A stretch of DNA of 64,000 bases from positions 261,764,001 to 261,828,000 of the forward strand of contig OZ024741.1 of NCBI GenBank assembly GCA_964016885.1. Reading direction: 5' to 3'. The first letter of the stretch is position 1. The number at the start of each line of letters is the position of its first letter. Source of the DNA: Eledone cirrhosa. Its lineage: Eukaryota. Position numbers and translations under genes: made by a program. Positions 54,157 through 64,000 of the stretch are shown here, in pieces. The notes under the pieces were generated by a model. It saw nothing but the letters and a program-made list of their open reading frames with translations, searched no databases and was not told where the DNA came from.

Positions 54157-55838
54157 TTCCTTGAATCTCAGTCATTGATGTTGGTTAACTGGAAAGTCCG
54201 TTGGATTGAATATCAAGCCACTACCTGCAGCCTCAGATATTCAGGACGTATCGGAGGGTTCTTGCCGTTCCAAGCAAGCATGCCTTTTGAAGCGTTCCAA
54301 AAAGCGTGAAGGGGCCGATTTTCTTTAACCATCCCTGGAAACCTTTGGAGATAGTCCCCAGTGCGCCTATGACAATCGGGATCACTTTGACTTCATGGCA
54401 GTTCCAAATCCTTTTCACCTCCCACTTTAGGTCCTGGTATCGGTTAATTTTCTCCCTCTCCTTCTCTTGCACTCTCGTGTCGAACGGGCAGGCCACATCC
54501 ACAATCAGGCACGATCTTTTTTCTTTGTCCACAACCACCAGGTCAGGTCTATTGTGTTCCAGTTTTTTGTCCGTCTGTATCCTAAAATCCCACAGCACCT
54601 TCACCTGACTGTTCTCCATCACCGCCTCTGGCCTATGCTCATACCATTTCTCAGAATGTGGTAGATTGTTTACTTTGCACAGGTGCCTTTGGATCACCCT
54701 GCCCATCACATCGTGTCTCCAGCCCTTATAGTGGGTCTGGGCTAGGTGTTTACACTCGGACACAATGTGAGCCACAGTCTCCTCTCTCTCTCCACAGATC
54801 CTGCACAGTGGGCTAGCCTCCTCCTTGTAGATATGGTGCTTCAACCACTTCGTTTTGAGGGCCTGCTCCTGCGCAGCCATTAGCATTCCTTCTGTAGCCT
54901 TTTTGAGGTCTCCTCTTCTCAACCAGTTCCATGTCTGTGGATCTCTAAATTCAGTTTTCTCAAAGAAGGTACTATGAAGGGATTTTCCCTTAAGGCTGCT
55001 CTTCCTCCTTGATGTTATTTCCTCCTTGGATATCCCCTGGCCTACTGTCCCCTCCTTCAGTACAGCTCTGAGCATTGGCTCCTTACTATAGGTCACGTAT
55101 TTGTATAGGTTGTTTTTCTCCATCTGAACACAGTCCTCTATGCTGATAAGACCTCTTCCACCCTCAGATCTCCTTAGGTAGAGTCTATCGACATCACTCC
55201 TCTTGTGGAACATGTTGTAGATAGTCAATAGCTTCCTAGTCTTCCTATCCATTTCTTTTTGTTCAGCAACATTCCATCTCAGAATTCCCGCACTGTACCT
55301 AATAATAGACACAGCTCGGGAATTTACTGCGCTTATGGCATTTCTGCTGTTCAGATGTGACTTCAATACGCTCCTTACTCTCCGAATGTATTCAGTTCTT
55401 AACAATTCCTTCATTTTTTTGTTCTTTATGCCATCAGCCCCCAGAACGCCCAAATACTTGTATCCTTCCTCAGAGTCAATTTCCTTTATCATCTCACCTG
55501 TTGGTATCTGGATCCCGTTACTTCTGCTCAACCTACCCCTCCTCATCACAATGACTCCACATTTACCAATACCAAACTGCATACATATATCACTGCTGAA
55601 AATACGGACAGTGTCAACAAGCACATCCAACTCCTTCTCACTTTTCCCGAAGAGCTTAAGATCGTCCATGAAGAGGAGGTGATTGATGGTAAGCTCTCCC
55701 CTTCCCAACTTGTATCCTGCTCTCACTTTTCGCAGCATAATGGTCAAGGGCATCAGGGCAAGGACAAACAACAGAGGGGACAGGCTATCTCCCTGGAAGA
55801 TACCTCTCTTGATCTTCACGCTTCCCAAGGATACTCCA
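54157..55838 (-). mobile_element. R4/Dong-clade copy, 5'-truncated, open 531-aa RT/RLE frame
   Basis: ORF 54233-55828 uninterrupted; (TAA)n on both sides. Confidence 0.9.
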
Positions 55839-55877
<39 letters not shown>

Positions 55878-55895
55878 ATAATTATTATTATTATT

Positions 55896-58310
55896 GGCGA
55901 CCTACGTAGGAAATCGTATCATCGTGAGCTCCGCAAAAGTTTGTTGTTTTCGTTTGTTTAAAATTGGCATTTATGGAAAATTGTTGTTGTTAACTGTTTA
56001 TAAAGTCACAAAATTTGCTTTCGGAAAAGGACACTCAAAAAGATTGGGGCCTTGAGCCAAAAATTTAAACTTTTATAATTATCAAACAAAAGATTTCTTT
56101 GAAAAAATCATAGACGACTCAGAGCTACACCAAGCAGTTGAGAGCCTTCCTTACAAACTAACACCTCACACCAACACCACCATTGTAAATATTACTAGGT
56201 TTGCCAACACTAAAAATATATAAGCAGTTGCAATAATTTTAATTTGTCTCATGCAGACATTCATTTCCCGCCATTACCAATGACTGCAGGTGTTGAAGCC
56301 GCCACCACCCCCACCAACACCACAGCGACAACAGAAACAAAAGAAAAAAATTAAATTATCTCGTGACATCGAAATGGATTCACCCAGAATGGACTCTTCC
56401 ACACCGAACACCACTGACGCCACCACCACCACAACTGAAACTAAAAATAACAATAACAAAAATAACAATAACAACAACAGCAACAACAACAATAAGAATA
56501 ACAATATCGTGTCATTTTCCAAAGCAGCCAAAAAGTGCGAAGCAATCCAAGTAACTCAGGAGGAAATAGATAAAACCAAGAGATTGGTAAAGAAAGATGG
56601 GTACAGGGTCAGCCTCCCCCTCCCCAAATAAAATGGAGCATCGGCGCCTATGCACCGTGTCTTATCGGACAATTAACATAAAATCGCGCCGAGTGGAACG
56701 GGTATCCGAGTCCCGAATCCAAAAAGCTTTGGGACATGTGTGGGCAAAAAGCCCACATCAGACGTGGGCAGAAATATGGAACCTAGGCCAGAGAGCACTC
56801 CATGGCCCCATTAAGAAGCGACGACTACACACTCGTCCCAAGCTATTGTGGCCAGAGACTCGTAAAGATCAGGGTGACCCACGTTCCACCGGCCATCGAA
56901 ATTCCCTGGCTAATGGCTGCCGTCCTCCCCGGCATCGAAGCCAACACCAAAATAATAGAAATAGCAAAAGAAAAGCAGGAGAACTGGTCCGGATCTGGGA
57001 TGGAGCTCCTGATCCAAGCGGACCAAAAAAGCATTGAGGAGATCCCAGAGGTAATAGACCTCACTGACAGCAGCCACCTCACCGTAATCGTCGAGGGTAG
57101 AAGGCCTAGGTGTGTCGTTTGGGGTGAAGGAACCCACCTAAGGGCTTTCTGCCCACAGGCTAAAAAGTTGAGGCCACCTCTCTTATCCACCCCAGTGACT
57201 CAACCATCAACACCACCAGCAGCAGAAATGGCAGCAACAACTGTAGCAGCAACAAGCCCAGCAACAGTAGCAAAACCACCACCACCACCCAACGCACCAG
57301 AACTAGCACCAGCGCCTACACCATCCACCACGCCACAACCAAAACCAACGCCTATGAAGGATTTTCCACCTTCCGACCTATCGCAACTGGAGACAGATCG
57401 TGACGACGAGGAGTGGGAAACGGTATCAGGAAAAATGAAGAAAAAGAAAAAAAAAGACAAAAAAGAAAAAAATCCCCTTCCTTCCCCCTCCAAAAACAAA
57501 ATACAGAAGGAAACAAATAAACTATCAAACAAAAAAGTTAGGACAGCTATGCCACCATCCACACCAGCATCACCAACCCCATCACCACAAAAACCAACAC
57601 CATCACCATCATTAACCCCAACACAACCATTACCAACACCACAAATGTCATCAAAAAGCGAAACAGAAACAAACTCACATCAAACGCAAACAAAACAAAA
57701 CAACCAAAACGATACACACTACACAGCATTAAATTTGAACAACAACCAACTATTACACTACATCCAACACAACACCAGCATCACAGAAAAAGACTACACA
57801 ACACCCCAAAAGTTCACACCACCTCCACACATACAAATCACTCGCATCACACAGAAAACGTACATGACACTAAAACAAAAATTCCTCAAAGACATCGGAG
57901 ACTTCCGACAAGCACTCTCCAGGAGGATTTATAAGGACATCCTTACGGAGGAGGCCACAAGCAGTGAAAAGGATGGAGAAACCATCCTTCCTCTACGAGA
58001 AGTAAGGTAAGTGGTCTTTCCCATCTTTTCCACTCCATTTCAACATGACCTCACTCAGAATAGGCAGCATAAATGAGCGTGGCTTGGGGTCATCATGGAA
58101 GCAGGGACACCTGCTCAACGACCTGAGGTCACTAAACATAGATGTAGTGGCCATCAGCGAGACCAGAATCTCCGAAGCACGGGCCTTTGCAAGGATCTTC
58201 GGCGTCTACGATGTGTACGCATCTCCCAGCCGTCCTGGATGGGGGGGATTGCTGTGCTTTTTCGGAGAGGTTTGGATCTCGCCATACGGGCCATCTTCCT
58301 GAAAGCAGAA
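55896..58310 (+). mobile_element. Tx1-clade LINE, 5' part (ORF1 + APE start)
   Basis: ORF1 similar to the 50.2-51.3 kb element; ORF2 begins MTSLRIGSINERGL...DVVAISETR; starts right after (ATT)n. Confidence 0.8.
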
Positions 58311-58930
58311 GGTAAGTATCCGTACATTTTACTTCTTTTGCATGTTTATTTATTTTCATCTTCACTCTTCACATATTATACCATTTTATATTACATTAGA
58401 TGTAATTTGTTTATTTATCTATCTATCTATTTATTTATTGATTTATTTATTTATTTATCTAGCTAACAATTTTTTATGTATTTTTTATATAGTTTTTTCA
58501 TTTTTTTTCTTCATATATTTCTATATATCTATCTTTATGTCTATTTACATTTATTCACGTATTAACGTTTATTCATCTCTTAGCTCCTCTATCTTCTTCT
58601 CTCCATCATAGTTCTACTTATGTTTATCTATCATTCTCATTTATTTGTCCCTCCACATTCATCTTCTCTCTGTCTTTACTTATGTCTGCCTTTCATATTC
58701 TATACATCCTTTTTCTCTTCTTTCTCTTTTCTTTTCCCTTTTTCTTCTTTCTTCTTCCTTTCCATTCTCTCTTTACTATATATTCTTCCTTCTTCTTTCT
58801 CCTTGCTTTCCATTCTCTCTTTACTATATATATCTCCCATCTTCTTTTCTGTCTATATCTTTATTATTAATATTATTATTGATGTTGTAATTTGAATTTG
58901 TAAATTTGACGGTTGCATATATGTTTTGAC

Positions 58931-59038
58931 AGTCTCTGAAGATTTGATAGAGATAACATGTATTTTTAAATTGAGTGGCACTAATTTCAATGTTTAGCAA
59001 TTTTTAGACAACTCTATCACTGAAACAATTGTTAAACT
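58931..59038 (+). ncRNA. Degenerate hammerhead-like motif with long stem II
   Basis: AGTCT-CTGAAGA-TT-TGATAGAG...CTCTATCA-CT-GAAA-CAATTG-TT-AAACT. Confidence 0.5.
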
Positions 59039-59090
59039 ATAAATAAATTCCCTTTTTTGTACTGTTGACCATGTTATTCTCCACCTTTTC

Positions 59091-59129
<39 letters not shown>

Positions 59130-59808
59130 CATGTATATATATATAATTTTTTTTGAATGACCCGCCAAAAACCGGCTCTTATTTCCCTTGCTGGAATTAA
59201 CACGTGACAGCTATAGATACGATACGCTGCAACTAGCGGCAGCATTTAGCCTATCATCCCGTCCTGGGTAGAACGTAAACCTGCTGAAGAATTGAATCCT
59301 CTGTTCGATCATGAATACCACGAGCTTGCCAGTCACGTAAGTCTGATATTTGATTTTGGATTAAAAGAAACACTTTAAACGTATAATCATTTGATTTGTC
59401 CAGGTGTATTTTTCTCAACCTGCTAGTTCTATCGTTACTTTGGTATATTATTGTGTGTTAGATTTTGCCTACCACAATGTTCGATTTGTCAAGCTATTTA
59501 AACGTATTTTATTACTCTAAGGACCTACCTTATCGAGTGCTTTGCTAACTCATCATTTCATATAAGTAGGCCGAATTTGCTTGCAAACCGCCAGAGACTC
59601 GATTTTACTAAATTTCAAAATATATTATTCTCCTAGATTTAATAATTAACTAATTAATTTAATTAGACAATTCTGTTGATTGGTTAATTATTTGTGTTTT
59701 TTTTATAACATCTAGTCGAGAGCTTATCATGATGATTAGCGGAAATTAAAATATTTCCTTTGTCTAACATTTTGAATGACCCGCCAAAAACCGGGGGTAC
59801 TAAATTTC

Positions 59809-59842
<34 letters not shown>

Positions 59843-60689
59843 AATGAAAAATCGCGTTCTCTGTTGTAGCAAATGTGATATACAAATTAAAATGAAGAAT
59901 TAGAAATAAGACTATCCATCCTCAGTGATCTTCTAGCCAGCATAGGTATTTCTTGGCATTAAAGACCAGATACCTCAGGCTAGCGCGAACAATAAGTAAA
60001 ATAAGTTATTGGGATAAAAAGAATTGGGTGTAGAAAGAGAGACAGGTAAACAAACATGAATGGTGAGGCAACGTAAAGAGAGGAAAAAATGAGAAAATAA
60101 AGTCAATGATTCGTTTAAGCATAAGTACTTGCGAATATTGACGAGAAGACGAGAGACACATCCCAACCATGTGAAAGTAAGCGAGGAAAGAATTACGCAC
60201 GGTGTGGGACGATGGAGGACGTGAGAGAGAGGGTGAGTAGCAGAGGGTAAGTGAGTGAAAGTGTAAGGAAGAGGCTGGTCGAGAGAGGGTGACTAGCAGA
60301 GGGATGAATGAAAGTAAGAGGAAGAAGGAAAGAGAAAGGGGAGATAGAAAGGTGATAGCAGTAAGGGAAGAGAAAAAGACAGGTCACAGCGAAGGGGAAA
60401 GCATATAGGAATGAAAAATGGCGTGCTCTGTTGTTGCATATGTGATATACAAATTTAAATGAAGAATTAGAAATAGGAATACACATATATATATAACGAA
60501 GTCAATGTGGTAAGGCTAATTCTGGACTGCTAATTCTGGACTAAATTAGTCCAGAATTAGCCGTCGAAACGGCTTGAGCTCAGCCGTCGGGGTCCTCCTC
60601 GTTCCTATTACACACTCTACTAACCTAAGCTAAGTATTGAGTACTTTGGTGCGTTATGGTCCACCTGGTTCCTTACCACATTTCCTTCG

Positions 60690-60739
<50 letters not shown>

Positions 60740-61807
60740 ATATATATATATTATAATATATATATATATTATAATATATATTATATATATATGACCGGCT
60801 GATGTGTTGTTTCCTTGAGCAAGACACATTATTTCACATTGCTCCAGTTTACTCAGCTGTAGGAATGATATGATAGGGACCGGCGGTCCCTATCATTCCA
60901 CTGCAAAGTGGTCGTGGAGGTGTCACGGCGAAAAAGCACCCAGCCCATACTGTAAAGTGAACGTGTAGGCGTCATGGAAAAAAGCACCCAGCACTCACTG
61001 TAAATGTGGTTGGTGTTAGGAAGTTGGTGTTGATATATACACATCGACTGACATCGCCGGTCCATGTTATTCTTCACTCATTTACTATATATAAATATAT
61101 ATATGTATATATATACGCATATATACAAACATATTTGCTGGTGACACCGCAGTAAAATAGACACCGCAATAAAATAATAAATGAATAAAAGTCTAGATAG
61201 TATATTTAGATATAGATGAGTGTGAAGCTAATTATCATTAAACTATTATATCCAAGAATATCAAGGAAATATAACGTAATTAATAGATACAGCGAAGAAA
61301 ATATATCCTATACAACATATAATTGTTCCTACATTTGGCACAAGGCCAGCAATTATCCCAGTGCATTACTTTATTTTATTGACCCTGTAAGTATAAAAGG
61401 CAAAGTTAACCTTGGCGGAGTTTGAACATAGAACGTAAAGGACTTTAACTCTATGTTGCAAAGCATGGTGTCTGACACTCTACCGATTCTGCCAATATAA
61501 TGTAGAGTTAACAGGAATGTAATGTTAATATAACTATATGTTCTGAATGATAAACCTCATTTTATTAAGAATAGAGTTCTATGTAATATAGAATAGATAT
61601 TTCCTAACGAGAGACCAAAAGAAAATCTCATATTTTTCAATGTAAATATTGAATAGTATTAGAAACTGTGGTGATGTTTAGTTGTTGTCAGAGCAATGCT
61701 GCTAATAGAGAAATATATAGTTACATCTATAGAAAATTAATACGAAATCTTATAGATATTTTGTTCAACATAAATATATATTTCATACATTCTAGAGATA
61801 TAAATAC

Positions 61808-61942
61808 CTTGTTGACAGTCGTACCCGTGATATCCTGCAGGACATCCATATGGACATTTTCCATCTGTTTTATCACAGGCGTAGTTCCCGGCACAATTAC
61901 ATTGTTTTGTGCAATTTTTACCAAATTGTCCTCGACCGCATT
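61808..61942 (-). CDS. EGF-like exon ECGRGQFGKNCTKQCNCAGNYACDKTDGKCPYGCPAGYHGYDCQQ
   Basis: 8-Cys pattern. TTTTCAG / GTATTT; 135 nt, phase 1-1. No signal-peptide exon is visible, so the gene start lies beyond the window. Membership in the same gene is inferred. Confidence 0.88.
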
Positions 61943-63109
61943 CTGAAAATATAATTATAGAAAAAAAATAATTCATACATCATTAATTATATACATTTAT
62001 TGTTATCACTGAAAGACAAAGATGACGATTTAAAAGTATATATATATATACAATGATATTAAATAAATAGAAACTATATTTATAAAACCATATTTATTCT
62101 ATTATATATATTTCAAGGGTACCAACATTTTGGTACGCTATCATCAGATAAAATACGAAGTGTGTTTTATAAATTTTGACATAACCAAGGGTAATATACC
62201 TTAACGGTTCAAGTTTTCCTTGGATAGTGAAGGGATAAGAAAAGAAAAGTCAGATATTTCAAATTATTACGATGATTATGCAAATGAGGTTTAGGTAAAA
62301 GGGCTGAAAAAAAACGTTATTTTAGACGCTATGGAAAATTTTAATAATTATAAGTTATTGTATGCGTAGGAAAGAAGAGAATGGAAGAAGAGCTAGCATT
62401 AACGTTAATTTTGGGGAAAAAAGTGGAATATGATTCCAGAGTTTAAATTTAAATTTATTTACCTATATTATGAGTTATAATTTTGTATATATAATCAATT
62501 AGATTATATGAAGAATTATGGTTGTAAGTATTTTTATCTTATTACAATACGATAGGTTATATGTATAAAAATATCTATATAGATTAATAATTGCGTATAT
62601 AGATATTTTTATAGATATTTTAGTATTATAGGGATAGAGATAATTTACAATTATTAGTTGTTTATATATCAAATTTGAGTTACGAAGGACGTTGATTTTG
62701 TATTTTACTTAAAAATAGGTAGTTCAAGTTGTGAGAGTAGAACAATTTGTCGATTCAAAAATGTTGTTCAACATTGAAAATGTTTTCAGAATATTGTTAA
62801 TTTAGCGAAGTTATATAGATTATCAAACGTAATATGAGTGTCATTTAAAGATTATCAATCTACATCTAAAAAATATATTTAGAGGGATGTCCTTAGAAAA
62901 ATAATGTCAGAATTAAAAATAATGTCAGAATTAAAATAATTTCAGAATTAAAATATTAAATATATATATTAAAAATATTATAAATATTAGAGATATTAAA
63001 AAATTTAGAAATATTAAAAATATTTTTAAAATATTAACAATATTAAAAATTTACATTTAAATTTTTAAAAAGGTAGGATCATTTTGAAGGTGTATAGGAA
63101 TATTATAAA

Positions 63110-64000
63110 TTAAAAATAGTTCTGAACGTGGAATTTTGGCGATGTCTGCAAGAAGAAAATAATTCTGTTCTGAGATTAATAAAGTTTTGACAGTTAATTA
63201 TATAAACAATTTCTTCGATACACAATTTACAGAATCTTGATAAGGCCACATTTCGGTATGCAGGTGCTTTCGAAATCGTTCTCCAAGATATTGAATAGTC
63301 TATATTGTTGTCTTTTAAATTCCAAATTAAATATCAATGTGAAGTAGAAGATTTTTTATCAGATCTCTTAAATGTATGATTATGGTTATTCCAGCGTTTT
63401 TTAAATTTTGTTGAAGTGGCACCAACATAGTTAAACCTTTTGTCTCTAGTGTATTCACTGTGCATTTAAAAACTACGTTTTCGTCTAAACAATTATTTTG
63501 TAAAGGGCAATTTGATTTGATTCTACAGTTACATTTACTGGAGTTATTGTTGTGCAGAACGGTACTATTATTCTGAATATTTTTGTTAGAAATATTATTA
63601 TTGCTATTTTGATTAGTTTGGTTAGGGTTTAAATGTAAGTTTCTATTAGTGGATTGGCAGTATTGGTAGAGGGTCGGACGCCACGCTTTGACGTATAGAG
63701 TTACGGGCCTTGCCATTCTGAGTTCAAATCCCGCCAAGGTTAACTTTGCTTTTAATCCTTACGGGGTCGATAAAATAAAGTACCAGTAATGCACTGGGTA
63801 ATTGCTGGCCTTGTGCCTAAAGTAGGAACAATTATTAATTCTATTTATATTTTGTGCTATGTTCATTGTAGTAGAGTAGGATAGTTTTATAGTGTGTCTG
63901 TTAAAAATAGAGTGGTATCTGTGGGCTTTAGGAAAACATTTATCTAGTGCTTTAAAGAATAGCTTTGCTAAATGTGTTTTAACGCTTAATGAGAATGGGA
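63110..64000 (-). mobile_element. Penelope-like element (GIY-YIG)
   Basis: KCNCRIKSNCPLQNNCL...YVGATSTKFKKRWNNH...CKLCIEE. Confidence 0.8.
63651..63835 (+). mobile_element. tRNA-SINE inserted into a Penelope-like ORF
   Basis: Same family; interrupts the minus-strand GIY-YIG-associated ORF. Confidence 0.85.

Overview
AT-rich, microsatellite-dense metazoan DNA; the SINE and repeat content looks cephalopod (Octopus-like), which is an inference. The whole window lies inside one minus-strand, multi-exon gene that the ORF track mostly misses: a receptor-type protein tyrosine phosphatase. I reconstructed 12 exons with GT-AG sites and consistent phases. Five are symmetric phase 1-1 8-Cys EGF-like exons (61.8, 38.2, 36.4, 34.8, 33.5 kb). 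These are followed by a TM exon (15.4 kb), two juxtamembrane exons (11.9, 9.9 kb) and four PTP catalytic-domain exons (KNRY, DHSRV..DYINAN, YVACQG, DFWRMVW..IVMLT). The gene continues past both window edges. The introns are filled with tRNA-SINEs, non-autonomous Helitron-like elements, a hAT MITE, Penelope-like elements and CR1/L2, RTE, CRE, R4/Dong and Tx1 LINEs. Main observations: (1) about a dozen type-I hammerhead ribozyme motifs, including a near-perfect, highly structured 466-bp tandem unit with one intact hammerhead per unit (a retrozyme-like, potentially circRNA-producing element), plus other non-coding more-than-one-unit repeats; (2) duplicated EGF exons that are more diverged than their flanking introns, mostly by amino-acid changes; (3) a 14-kb pile-up of R4/Dong and Tx1 LINEs at one (TAA)n tract; (4) several long intronic fold-backs.
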